Assembly: GCA_963693365.1 (NCBI GenBank)
Contig: CAVNZM010000017.1
Coordinates: 6,128,708 to 6,192,707 of the forward strand
Origin: Amoebidium appalachense
Taxonomy: Eukaryota; Protista; Ichthyosporea
Direction: 5' to 3'
Length of the DNA stretch: 64,000 nucleotides
In this document: piece by piece, positions 48,890 to 62,568 of the stretch
Layout: every line of letters begins with the position of its first letter
How positions within the stretch are numbered: position 1 is the stretch's first letter
Position numbers and translations under genes: made by a program
Notes under the pieces: generated by a model
The model's input: only the letters and a program-made list of their open reading frames with translations
The model's database searches: none
What the model was told of the DNA's origin: nothing

Positions 48890-50233
48890 ATGGCGCCCAA
48901 GAACTCAAACCGTCTACTTTGCGCACTTGCGCTTCTGAGCTCCTGCATTTGGGCAGACGGCGCCGCTGTACATTCCCAAGACGAAGCAACAGTAACCTTT
49001 TCCCTGTACGATTCCACGACGCACACAAACCAGCTTTCCAAGTCCCTTGCAACAATTCTCGGTGCTTCTCCCCAAGATTTCTCCGTAGGCCAGCGCGTGC
49101 GTCGAAGCACTGAAGAAACCACCATCGAGTTCATGTTTTCTTCAGTCGAGCATGCACAGGAACTGCACCGTATTGCTCGCGAACAACCCTCCGCTCTTGC
49201 ACAGCTTGGCGTCTCGGCCATCACACCACGGTCGTCACTCGACACCGCCACCGTTTTCACTCGGTGTCCCCTAGGCCAGTATCTGTCCAACACAAAATGC
49301 AACACGTGCACACCGTCCTCCACCACAAGCACAACCAACTGTCCTTTGGGTATTGCATGCACGGGTCCAAACGACGCGTGGTGTGTAAACGGCCAGGAGA
49401 AAACATTCCAGAAAACATTTGCAAAACAGATTGCTCAGCAACAGAACTACCAGTCTTGCTGGCCTACTCTTGCCAAGTCGGTTCAGAACTTTTACAACTT
49501 CTGGCCCGGATCCAACGCAGGCTTAAACAACACATGGGGGCCTTCGCCTGTCTGCTACAGCGTCGACAATGCTAGCATTCCTTCCACCGACCTCGGAAAA
49601 CGCCAACTTATTCAAATCGCCATTGACTACCTTTATTCTCTCAAGAATTCTTCGCCCAAGCGTCTCACCTACGCCCACCACCACGACCCTTATTGGTCTG
49701 GACCTATTGGTTACAACGTTGGCTTTAATAAGACACCCAACGCGAACTGGCATGGAATGGACTGCACAGACACAACTACTTTTGTTTACAACATTGTGTT
49801 TGGCATCCACATGAGCAGCAAAACAAACATACAATCATCGCAGGCAATCAAGCGCTACCCAATGTCGCAGCTTCAGTTTGGTGACCTGATGTATTTCACT
49901 TCCCCAACCACTAGTTCGGCCAGCAAGAACTCGGACAATGCCACTCTTTCTTCTCACGGTGGTTTTGCATACAAATTCCCCATTGGGGGGGCTACCTCTA
50001 CTACACCCACCTCCGTATTTTCGTCCACCTATCAGGGAAATAAGACAGATCCGGGGCCAAACATCAACTCCAACATAAATGCATGGCCGCTTTCGAACTT
50101 TCAGTTTGGGTTAAAGATGCAGGATGTACTTGATGCATGGAACAACAAGGAAACACGTGCAAAGGTGTTTACCGGTTTGTGCTTTGAGTATGTGGGTGGC
50201 ATGTGCGACTACAAACTGCGGAGCACATGGTGA
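48890..50233 (+). CDS. Secreted 447-aa protein: signal peptide, SEA-like segment, TNFR-like Cys-rich segment, NlpC/P60-type cysteine peptidase domain
   Basis: Single uninterrupted non-repetitive ORF. Hydrophobic N-terminus MAPKNSNRLLCALALLSSCIWADG; CPLGQYL..C..C...C....AC....DAWC motif; GMDCTDTTTFVYNIVFGI (catalytic Cys motif); LQFGDLMYF; SHGG (catalytic His position). TATA box upstream. Confidence 0.8.
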   Translation: MAPKNSNRLLCALALLSSCIWADGAAVHSQDEATVTFSLYDSTTHTNQLSKSLATILGASPQDFSVGQRVRRSTEETTIEFMFSSVEHAQELHRIAREQPSALAQLGVSAITPRSSLDTATVFTRCPLGQYLSNTKCNTCTPSSTTSTTNCPLGIACTGPNDAWCVNGQEKTFQKTFAKQIAQQQNYQSCWPTLAKSVQNFYNFWPGSNAGLNNTWGPSPVCYSVDNASIPSTDLGKRQLIQIAIDYLYSLKNSSPKRLTYAHHHDPYWSGPIGYNVGFNKTPNANWHGMDCTDTTTFVYNIVFGIHMSSKTNIQSSQAIKRYPMSQLQFGDLMYFTSPTTSSASKNSDNATLSSHGGFAYKFPIGGATSTTPTSVFSSTYQGNKTDPGPNINSNINAWPLSNFQFGLKMQDVLDAWNNKETRAKVFTGLCFEYVGGMCDYKLRSTW

Positions 50234-51217
50234 TTATTAGTACTGTAACATACTAAGAGCTTATGAAACTTCATAGAATAGGAGAAGTGTAAAGCAGGCG
50301 GTGGTGGTTTTTTTTTTTGTTTTTTTTTTTGTTGTTGTTGGGGGGGGGGGGGGGGGGGGGGAGTGGAGTACTGGTAAGAATGCTTAGGTGATTACCTATA
50401 AATGAGTATATACTAGTAGCTGGGTGCTGGTTCCCACCCAAAGATGGCGGTATGTAGATAGAATAGTATAGGCTGTTATATATAGTCACTGCTTAAAACA
50501 AACCAAGCCTTGCTATGAAGATGATGATGGTAGTGTGTCTATGTGGTGAAACACTGAACTTCTCATAGCGTGGCCATGTACAGATCACACAGTGTATATA
50601 AATAAATTTCTGACTCGGAGTGTAGCCAGTGGAGATAAATGCATCAGAATTATCTTGTCTGTATCTGAAACTTTATTTTATATGAGTCGTTTATCCCGCC
50701 TGCACCATTCGTTCTCGGAGTCATTGGGGATGGTTAAAGCAAGTGATAACTTGAATGGGTGCATACATAATCTTTACAAGTGCATGAAGTACTGTGTGCC
50801 TGGGTCCAGTTTTTATGCCTTCATCATGAATTCTAATTATGTGAGCTCAGATTTCAATTTATAAAAACCTTAGGCCTTAAGATTAAACCGCCTTTCTCCC
50901 ACCGCTGTCTAATCAGTGTACACCTATGGGTGGCCGGGTACCTTAAATGATGTATACAGAACTATAAAGAGAGTAGTTCAACAGGTTCTGCCAACCACGA
51001 GCATGCCTTTAATACACAAAATAAAATAAAAAACGAACCAAAACCTTAAAAAAATGAAACAGAGTTGAATAAAATACTCAATGTTATCTCGGCCTTGTTG
51101 TGTTGGAAATGCGCACCACTCTCAATAACCTCCGGACACGTCCGCAAAAAAAAAAAAAAAAAAAAAAACATAAAAAATGAAAAAAATAAAAAATAAAAAA
51201 TAAAAAAGTGGGTGGGT

Positions 51218-51252
<35 letters not shown>

Positions 51253-52725
51253 CATCCTCAAAAGCCACCCAGTGTACGGTACATAGGCTCGAAAGACTTT
51301 GCATCTTTTACCTTTTTGCTGGTCCGGGGAGTCACCCGGGCCACCTAACTTAGAAATCCGTAGTTTTGTGCTATTGAGGCCTGCCAGGATGCGAGGGTAA
51401 TATACACTACACTAGTACTACCGGTATACCTGTTACATAATATCCTTAAATTTTTTTAAAAGGTACTCAGAGGAGACACCCCTCAGATTTATAATTTACT
51501 AACATTAGCACCGTGACCCCGGAGCCCGGGTCACTTGTGCACACTGACAAACGTGTACGTATATATCTCCTGGCGGTACCAGAAATACATACGTACATTA
51601 ACACACACACTCTGGCTCATAGACACAAAAAAAAGGGGGGTAAATCCCACTGCATACGTGCACAAACTAATTCACTAAGAAGCGCCAGCATCGCGAAAAA
51701 TGAGAAGCACCTGCGCACATACCACACAGCAAACACACACACACACACACACAATAAAGTACAAACACCTACACACCCAGCGTCAGGCGGGATTGCAGAC
51801 ATCGGTGTATTCACTGTGATAATGACATACATCTTGAAACATGTGCGGTGCACCGCAGTAGTTTGCAAATACAGCCTCGTACACAACGCTGCACACACAC
51901 GCGGGGAATATGCACCCGCCAAGCCTCGCGTGCACGCCCAAGCGCACACATTCAAAATAACGTTAACTCAAAGGACGCACCGGACTGAGACTCAGTGCTA
52001 ACTTATCATGGAATGAAAATAATCCTTATTGCAAGCCTATTAGTGGGATATTTGAATTTGAAATGGGGGGGGGGGGGGGGGGGAGGGCGAGTAGCTAATA
52101 TCGACGTCCCCCCTGGTGGTACCCCCTTTCCCGCCCCCCCCCCCTTCCCCCCCCCCCCCCCTCCCCCTTCCCCCCCCACCTCCCTCTCCCACACACACAC
52201 CACACACGCACCACACATACAGGCGCACGCGCGCGCGTGCATGAACAAGCACACACACGTGCGCACGCACACACACTCACACACGCTTTCCACCCCAGGG
52301 CATTCGTGCTGATGCTCGTCTTCTGCCGGATGTGGGGGGAGGGGGGGAGAGTGGGGGAGGAAGGGATGAGGCGGGTTTGCTGCTTTTACAAGTTGTCCTC
52401 TTCAAATTTGTTCTATGTGCACTACACGTTTTTTGACGACCCCCCCCCCCCCCCTCCCCCCCCCCCCCCCTCCCCCTCCCCGGCCCCACTCTCACCGTTC
52501 TCATTTACACAATTAAATGCACTTGCACGTGCACACAAACGCGCGCGCACACATACACGCTTTTTTTATTATTTTTTTTTATCCCGTTTTGTTCCCGGAG
52601 GTGCCCCTAGGGGCCCTCAGGGGAAACTACCGTCTTCCACCCAGCACCGACAGTACTCTAGTATAGGGTGCTACGATGCTATTAGCTAAACTCACATACA
52701 CACACAAACATGCACATGCACACGC

Positions 52726-52771
<46 letters not shown>

Positions 52772-53321
52772 CGGTCAGTTATTTCTAAATTATGAATTAT
52801 TGGGGGCAAGGTTATCGTGCTCACCGTGCAGTGTTCGTACGAGTGTGCGCATCTGTGTGGCGGGGAATGAATGTGTGTGGCGTGGGTGAGTGTACCTGCA
52901 TGTTCATGTCAGGTGCTCAATGCTGGTCAAAGTTTTTGACCTCGTGTGCGTGTGTGGTACATGCGTGTGCAGCTACGTTTGATTTACACACGTGCGAAAG
53001 TGTGTGCGCGCGTGCGTGTGCGTGCACGGTGGGGCAACTAGAGTTGGGGGGAGGGCGGAGGGGGGGGGGGGGGGGGGGGAGAGGGGTGGGGGCGGGGGGG
53101 GGGGGGGGGGGTTAGCCTTGCCGGAAGAGGGGGAGTATGACCGTACGGCATATAGCCTGCGTTTTAGGTGATCAAGCTTAAGGGCTCCTTTCTGATAGCC
53201 TTCAACGATTACTTTTTGGCAATGCATATATGTAAACCGCTGCTAATATAGATTATAGCAATAATATGATCAGATTATCCCTATAGTCACCATGATGGCA
53301 GCCTATGGGGTGGGTGGGTCC

Positions 53322-53360
<39 letters not shown>

Positions 53361-53410
53361 GGGGGGGGGGGGGGGTGCACCACCTACTTAGGGTAGGTGC
53401 ACGTGTTCCC

Positions 53411-53446
<36 letters not shown>

Positions 53447-53869
53447 CCATCCTAGCCGGAGGGATGGGTGGGTCCTCACCCACCTGTCCTGCAACGAGTG
53501 GGTTTGTTCCCCCATCCCTCCCTCCCCCCCAAAGTTACAACTACCCCCCTTTCCGTTTCAAAATCAAAAATCCCGCCCACAAAATAATACCACAACACGT
53601 GCACATGCACAACATAAAATTTGAAATTTGAAAGAGTGAGTTTGAGTCTTATTAGCATTGACAATATGTCCGTGTGCTGCCAGAGTCTCAGTCTGTCTCA
53701 CCCATGCACACACCTGGACATGTCCTATATCCAATCAAAACGCGTTTTGGCCCTTGGGCCCACACCTATACACAGTTGTGGTGGCACATGGGTACACATG
53801 CCTGTCCACACACGCACACATGCCCGCATACACGCACGCACACACACGCACACACACACGCACACACGC

Positions 53870-53904
<35 letters not shown>

Positions 53905-54604
53905 GTCTCGGACACATGTGCATGCACACACACATTTGCATTCGGCTCCTGCATCCCGCTCCATTTACTCATGGATTCACACAACAAGCACTAATCAATC
54001 AAAACCATTGCTTAAACACACACATCATGATTCGAGGCAACTGGGGTAAGCCTGAGTTCGTTTATGGGTAAGAGCTTGAGCCCTTACCCCTCAAAAAAAA
54101 AAAAAAAAAAAAAGTGGTCGGCAAAAATGCGTCTCTGATAATGCAACTCTATGTAATGTGGTTGCATCGAAGGCTTAAGGGGAAAACAAGCATACCTGAA
54201 AACGAGTGAAAAGGCGGAAAGGTAAAAAAACAAACAGCCACCAATATTGCGTCAAATTTTGTGAAAGAAGCATTCATCGTTTATAAGAGCCCCCTCCCCC
54301 CCCCCCTTCCCCAAACAAAGGAACAAATCAAAGGGGAGGGGGGAACAAAAATAGAAATAAACGTCTGCTTATATTCCAGCTGTACCCTAAAAGTATCCAG
54401 TAATCTCCTACTGATTATATGTATCGACAACATAGTTGTATATATAGTTAGCGCATCCTATGATACACACATCCACACAATCTTCCAATTACACAGGTCA
54501 AATTTCACTATGATACTCTTAGGACACAAATATTACACCCAACCCACAGCACATACCGACAGAATATCCCAAGCCACACGCATAAACCAGGCCAGGCGCA
54601 TAAA

Positions 54605-55025
54605 TCAGGACGCGTAATTAATTTCCGCCTCCATCAGATTGTACCACAGCGGATCGTCCCCAGGTGATTGGGCGCTTTTCAACACCTGCTGATGCCTCAT
54701 TTCTTCAGCCACATCATCGCACACTAATCCCAAAGTATTTTCCATCAAAGTCACAAGCATGACATTTGCCCAACCAAAATCCATCCTGCTGCATGCGTTA
54801 AGGTCGTTTACGTTAACGCTCTCATGCATTAACCCATTGCCGCACTGCATTTTCAGAAGAATTCGGAGGGATTTTGCGCGTTGGTTGGGATCGTTGCGGG
54901 TGAGTGCCAGCGCAACTTCGGCTAGCGGCCATACCTGGTTGTCATGGTAACGGTTAGAAGGTAGCCAACAAATCGGAGGTGGGGGGGGGGGGGGGGGAGG
55001 AAGGAAAGCTGGGGGTGTGGGGGGA

Positions 55026-55124
<99 letters not shown>

Positions 55125-55154
55125 TGTGTGTGTGTATACATGTGGTGTGTCACG

Positions 55155-55222
<68 letters not shown>

Positions 55223-55232
55223 GGTGTGTCAC

Positions 55233-55313
<81 letters not shown>

Positions 55314-56133
55314 ATGTGCATGTTGTGTTGGTGGTGATGGGTTAGGTTGGGTTGGGTTGGTTTGGGTTTGGGGGGGGGGGAGGAGAGGGGGAGGGGGGAG
55401 GGGGTCGTTTTCATTCGAATATGTTTGCTCGGGAGCAACGGGTGATAGAGGAGTGTTCACTTTTAAGGCAGTCGCTTGTTGGGGAGCTCCCTGGCAGGGA
55501 GTGCGTGTGTGTGGGAGGAGGGGGGGGGGGGGGGGGGGGGGAGGGGTGAAGGATTGAACGGAAGGCAGGAAAGAAAAGAGATAAGGTAAACACGGAACAC
55601 GACAAGGAAAATGCCATAATACAGAGGCACCAATAAGAATGTCCAGGTGGATGATGGACAGGGGGTAAGAAAGGTGGAAGGGGGGAGGGGGGAGGGGGTT
55701 GCTTACGTATTGAGTGTAAGTATGGGGGGACCCAAGGCCATCAAATTCTGTCCCCTTAAAGTAGTAGGGGTTTTTGGAGGTGTAGAGTCGTTTGACCGTA
55801 TTTGCATAGATCTGGGGGTCATAGTGGCGGTAGCCCAGGAGGGGGATGGAGAGAAGAGACGGCAGGTTGGGATCGTCAAAATCGTACAGGGTGTTGCCTA
55901 ATCCGTCCACCTCGTATGCGTAAATCTGCGAAAAACCCCACGTTGTCAGATAAAGATGCATGAAAAACCCCACAGTGTCAGGTGATCGGATATGTAGAGT
56001 TGCAAAACCAAAGTTAAAGGTCATTTATGCCTCATAGGGATCAAAGTAGAAATGTATCAGGTCAGAGCACAATTTGAGAGACCAGCATCAGGTGAACCAG
56101 GTACAGAAAGGGAGAGGAGAAGGAGGGAGGTGT

Positions 56134-56164
<31 letters not shown>

Positions 56165-56295
56165 GGGGGGGATGGGGGGGGGGGGGTTGGGAGGGGGCAG
56201 GGAGGGAAGGGGGGGAGGGGGGAGGGGAGGTGGGGTTGCTTTACAAAGTGCAGAACACAAATCCAAGACAAAGAGGGACAACGGAACAAGTGATA

Positions 56296-56372
<77 letters not shown>

Positions 56373-57343
56373 TGTGGGTGTGGGTGGGTGGGGGATGGGG
56401 GAGGGTGTAGAATGCATAACAGAATACGATCTACACGTTTTCAACTGAGAACACAGAGCAGATTGCACAGCGCACAAAGACTAGGCATGGTGGTGGTGGT
56501 GGTAGTGTGTGTGTGTGTGTGTGTGTGTGTGGGGGGGGGGGGGGGAGAAGAAAAACACACCTTGTTTGTGCGGTCGTCCGGGGGGCTGATGATACCGTAC
56601 TTCTCAATACCGGCCTTAATATCATTCATCAGTTTGCGCACCTTAACATCAAAGCTCTGCATGCGCCATATCATCTTGTTAAGGTAGAGCGCACGCTCCA
56701 GGGCACCATATGCGTACATATTGCCCGGTATGTTGTAGCCGTATTTGTTCTGGTCATCACTGGGGCGGTAGCCACTCCACGACATTCCTGCACGTGATTT
56801 TGCCCAATCAGGACTAAGAAGAGGGTTGGATGGAGGGAAAAAAGTGTTCCCAAGCACGTGTTCCACATACAAGATGCTGGAAGGATAGGGAGAGCATCGA
56901 TCGAAAGGGGGAAGGGGTGTCTAAACGTATACACACCCGCAGCTATTTAGGCCCAATTATAAAGAGGAAGGGGAAGGCAGAAGGTGGTTGTTTACCGTCA
57001 TTTCTGCATGCGATTTTCGTCCAACTGGAATGGAAAAAAGAGGGAGAGGGGCAAAGCCTGTTGACATTTATCAACTTTTGAGACATCGGTGATTAGAGGA
57101 TGAGTGTTGTGTTTATGCGGTGGTCATAGTCGAAGGTATGGGTAGTGTCCTGTATTGTTGTCTCCGAGACTGTACAGTAGGCAATGCACGTGTCACGGTG
57201 TATGTGCGTGTGTGCAGAAGTCCCTGGGCACACCCGCTGTATGCTTGTGTGTAAGCGGGGGTGTGTTGGTGTGTGTGTGCGTGTGTGCGTGTGTGTGTGT
57301 GTGTGCGCGCGCGTGCGTGAATGCATGTGCGTGCACGCGCAGG

Positions 57344-57432
<89 letters not shown>

Positions 57433-58621
57433 ATGTGTGTGAGCGAGCGTGTGTGTGTGCATGCCTGTTTGTTTTTCTGTGTGTACTTCCATCTTTCATA
57501 GGTATAGTGTCTTGTAAATGCACTTGCTCCAGGTGCAGTTGGTGCATCTGCATTTTTTCCTTGCTCGTTTCATCTCTTTCTCTTTCTTTCCTTTTTCTTT
57601 CCTTTTTCTTTCCGTTTTCTTTCCTTTTTCTTCCTCCTTTCTTAAGGCACAACACAATCAATTATGGCATATGCCGAATATTTCACCCTAACTTGGAAAT
57701 CTGGGATCTACCGATATATCCACCCAGCATAAATACGGGGTTTTACCTGTGTAAGCAGACTCGGGGCCCAATCCACCCCGGGGCAGCTCCATATATCTAT
57801 ATTTAGACTTGGTCTCGTGATTCTGTTCGATTATCCAAATATCCGCCATCAAATTCGCTGCCTCGTAGATAGATGGCTCGGACAGCAATCTTTCGGGGTC
57901 GTAGATATCCGGGCTGTTGTAGTAATTCCAGAGCAAATTCAGGAAATATGTGCCAGAGTCTAGCTCGTAATTCCTCGTGCCGACCCAGCCACCACGGCCA
58001 ATTTTGCGCCATTTCCTGAGATAGTTGGGGGATATACCGTCAGAGTATGAAACGTGCAACCGTTGGGTGAAGGGGAAGTATATGCACGTGCATGCTTGTG
58101 TTGGAAAAGCAGGGCGCAAAAACACGTGTGTGCGTGTGCACCACACACGCACACACGCACACACGCACACACACGCACACACACGCACACACACACACCC
58201 ACACGCACGCACGAGGGTGGTTTGTCGACCCTCATCCCCACACACTTGAAGACACCAGCCTATATGCCAAGTGCTCCGCCCATGTTCGATCCATTTATCA
58301 CCCCCATCTGCCCCATGGACTTAAACCAGAAGCTTCGATACCATTCTTCATGTTACAGTCATACCGTCCCACCCACTCACACACCCCACCCGACAAGCAC
58401 GTAGAGACACCCAAAACACACACAAACACAAACCCAGCATGCACTTAATACAAACAGAACATGCCAACACAAGCACAAGCACACACATACACACGTGAAT
58501 TACTCATACACCCATCCGACACACACAGAACCCCCCCCCCCCTCCCCCCCCCCCCTCTTCCCCCCGCCCCCTTCACACCCACATCCGCACACCCACCCAG
58601 CACAGGCATGCATAACCAATC

Positions 58622-58663
<42 letters not shown>

Positions 58664-59268
58664 CCCCTCCCTCCACCTCCCAGCGCTTATACACACACCC
58701 CAACTATGCGCCAACACACACTTCCGTGCCCACTCACTAGTGCAACTTTGCTTCTTCTTCCCATCACCCCCCAGCTCTGCTCCCAACACCCACCGTCTCA
58801 CTTATTGTTTCTTCATTTTCACACTTCTTGCTTGTTTAACCCCGTCTATTCCCCTTTGCAAAATACGGATATACCGAACACCAGAACCCAAAACAAGTTC
58901 ATTGAACCTTAGTTGATCTACCATGGATCTAAACTAAAATCCATGGATCTATATCGGATCTCTAGATCTAGATTGGATCTGGGGGGCACCTACAGCTCCA
59001 TCTTTGTTGGATGGGTGTATGCCTTGCTGAATGCATTTGCATATGGGTCTTGGAGAACATAGAAGGCCTGCCGACGAATTGTCCCTTCGACAATGGCTCG
59101 AAGTGCAGGACGCTCACCCATACGTGCAAGGAGTTGGCCGATCTGTGTATGTGTAAGTGTGTGTGTGGGGGGGGGGGGGAGGGGGGTGAGTGGGGGTGAG
59201 TGTGTGTGAGTGTGTGTGAGTGTGAGTGTGTGTGTGTGTGAGTGAGTGTGTGTGTGTGTGTGTCTGTG

Positions 59269-59315
<47 letters not shown>

Positions 59316-59503
59316 TTCGGGTGGGGGGGGGGCGGGGGGATTGTGCGTTGGGTGCACGCGCCGATGTGTGCGTGTGTGTGTGCGCGTGCATGTGTGTGTG
59401 TGTGTTTTGTGTTGTGTCTTGGGTGCACGCGCCGATGTGTGTGTGTGCGTGTGTGGGTGTGGGTGTGCATGAGCGTGTTGTGTGTGTTGATTGTGTGTGT
59501 GTT

Positions 59504-59534
<31 letters not shown>

Positions 59535-59537
59535 GTT

Positions 59538-59632
<95 letters not shown>

Positions 59633-59719
59633 TGTTGCACGCGCCGATGTGTGTGTGTGTGTGTGTGGGTGTGCATGAGCGTGTTGAGTGTGTATGTGTG
59701 TGTTGATTGTGTGTGTGTT

Positions 59720-59786
<67 letters not shown>

Positions 59787-61669
59787 GTTGAGTGACTGTG
59801 AGTGTGAGTGAGAGTGAGAGAGTGAGTGAGTCTGTCTGTGTGTGTGTGATCGCCGCAGGAATGTGTGATTGTGTAAGCGAGCATCCTGTTGTGTTACCAC
59901 CTGAATGATTGCTAGGCTAGAGCAGTCTAAATGAAATTGGATGCAAAAAGGGCAGCAAAACAACGACCATGTGCAATCAAACCAAATCAAAACTGAGAAG
60001 AATATTTGCATGGCTAAGCTTAGTGAGGATGGCCCTGGGGGGGGGGGGGGGGGGGAGGGGGGGGGGGGGATTTAAACGACGATGCCAATAAGTGGAAGAG
60101 GTAAATGGTAGTGTTACCTTGTGTGTGTGTGCACGTGAATACATCATGTTTGAGTACACAAACATGAACAATAGGACGAGCACGGCACACACCCACAGCA
60201 GTACGGATGTATCATTTGCATGCATACACACATACGGGTTCAACATTCTGCTCATGCAACGGAGCACACCACTGCATGGAAGTGCACAAGTATGCACACA
60301 TACAAGGTCGTACACGCATACACCCAATCAGCATGTAAATAAATGCACACCCACACACCCATGCACACCCACACCCACACACACCCACAAAGACGTGTGT
60401 CTATGAACCCAAATTCACCGACCCCCCCCCCCCCCCCCCCCAAAATATGTTCAACACAGAAAAACACACGAGGGACACACACACACACACAATGCAAACG
60501 CACGTACACACACACAAGCTTACACGCGACGTGCGCACTGACATGCTTGCTCGCACTCACTCACCCCCCTACACACACAGACACACACAAACACACACAA
60601 TGCACCCACCCACCCACCCACCCACCCACCCACCCACACACATACATACACACACACACGTACCTGCACGGAGCTATCTCTCAGCCACATCTCGTCGATA
60701 TCTCCCGTGGACACATACACGTCCGTGCCCTTGTTGTGCACCGTGATGGTCTGCAAACAATGGTTAGGTCATGTCAGGGGGGTTGGCTTCATTTGTTCCT
60801 TTACAGTGACAAGGCATTTGGCGGCCGAGAGGCGCTCTATGAAGGCACTGACTCTGAGCACGCAGCCCCCCTCCCCCCCCTCCGGATCCCCCCCCACCAC
60901 CACCTGTATATGTTTCTTTCTTAAGCATAGTTTACGATATCTAATAATTGCAGAAGCCACTGCAGACCTCACAAACATAACACACGGTGTCACGTAACAA
61001 CAAATGGTGACTTAAAAAGTTTGCCTTTCCGATGTTTCAAACCCCGATCAGCAGTTCGAAAGAACAAGATTCTCCTTCCGTCTATTTTTAGTGCTGGATT
61101 TCCCAACAACTCAGTTAGTTTACGACAAAGCAATAAACAAAACTCTGTGAGAAACATTAAAGCGCACTCACGTTATAGAAGGAGTGCAGCAGACAGCGTC
61201 CACAGAGCTGCTTTAACTCCTCCTGCTCGTTCGGCTTGAGCAACTTCTCGACCTCTTTCTTTAAGGTCTCATTGATTGCACGCGCACCACCTGCCCATAT
61301 CTCCTGCTGTGCGTGTGTCTTTAACCCTTTAAACTCTTCGGTGCTACTGCTGACAAATCCGTCGGACGCAGGGATGGATCTCTCGGGCTTTGAAGGGTCA
61401 ACATGAGCCTGCAGGGCTTCGGAATCGGCTTGCTTTCTATGCAGTGCAAGCTGCTTCAGCGCTTCCCTTAACTCGTGCGGTTGAATCTCAGGTGTTCCCG
61501 CATCTTGCTGTCTGGCAGCATGAAACCCTGTCGTTACGACCCCCTTCATAATCCCCGAAAGGCGGGGATGAATGAACAAGGTTAACGTGAGTAATCCTGC
61601 AAGAAGGCCTATAGTGCGCCCGTGGATGCGCAAGCGCATTTGAGACCCCGCGGCCGGAGAACCCACCAT
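54605..61669 (-). CDS. Glycoside hydrolase family 125 (DUF1237/Mug157-like, exo-alpha-1,6-mannosidase family) with N-terminal signal anchor
   Basis: Exons 61669-61172, 60750-60664, 59142-58994, 58015-57747, 56787-56561, 55925-55707, 54934-54605; GT-AG and in phase. Motifs: TGDIDEMWLRDS, DPYANAF, YELDS, GMSWSGYRPSDD, IPGNM, YAYEVDGLGN, DDPNLPSLLSIP, GLGSPHT, GLMHES, FGWAN. Hydrophobic segment IGLLAGLLTLTLFI near the N-terminus. Confidence 0.92.
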
Positions 61670-62520
61670 TTTCAGGCGTGTGGTCTGCCTGTGTGTGTCT
61701 TTTGATGTTGTTGCCTTAGGCCAGCATGAAGTGGGGTGTGTCGAGCACTCGAGTAGCTTGCAGTTGCTCGTATTATCTTACGGCAAAGATTCACCAGGCC
61801 ATCAACTTAGTGCCAACGGACAGCCACAGTGACAGCGAGACTGAGCGAAACGAAAAAGAAGGAGTGGAGTGTGCGTTGTATCACGCTTACTATTAGGCTA
61901 CTGATCAGTCGTATAGAAAACAAACCAACATCACTCAGTTTTTGGAAACCTACACAGTCACATGAGCATTGAAAATGATGCACTTCTTTGTCAAATATAA
62001 CATACGTCTATATGTAGACAACACAGTAAACAAATATACATACAACTAGTAGTAACACATACAGACACGCCCACCAAAGTTGTGTCCGAGGTAAAACTGA
62101 GCTTCGACGGGTATACCTACGTTTACAAAATGCCATCAGGAGCCCCAGTGAAACCCCCCAAAATGATTGATGTTGCAAAAATCATGAAAAATGGCTTGCT
62201 GTACTATTGACTATGTAGCAGCTGTATGTAGTAGTACTTCAGTACTTGTCTCTCAAATTTTTATTAGTTTATAAACAGAAAGAAAAACTACCCATTTGAA
62301 CGTGTAAGTAAATTATAGGGAATTTTCAGTGCCTTATGGATGGTGCATCAGGCATAAAATGTGTTCGTGATCACTTCAAATTTGGCGGCAGGGCAGGAAA
62401 TTACACTGTTTTCGGAAGTAAATATACCGTTAATTTTCAGAAAGTACCAGTAAAGCCTGGGACTTAGTTCCACCTGCGTTGGAGGTTAGGGAAATAAATA
62501 AAAGGAAGAGTGCCCCTTCT

Positions 62521-62568
<48 letters not shown>

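Noticed and set aside
48829-49362. 177-aa antisense ORF over the NlpC/P60 gene
   Set aside because: It is a shadow of the plus-strand gene, with no recognisable motifs.
50300-54600. Hidden gene in the 4-kb gap between NlpC/P60 and GH125
   Set aside because: No chain of phase-consistent exons and no protein motif found; mostly simple repeats and UTR-like sequence.
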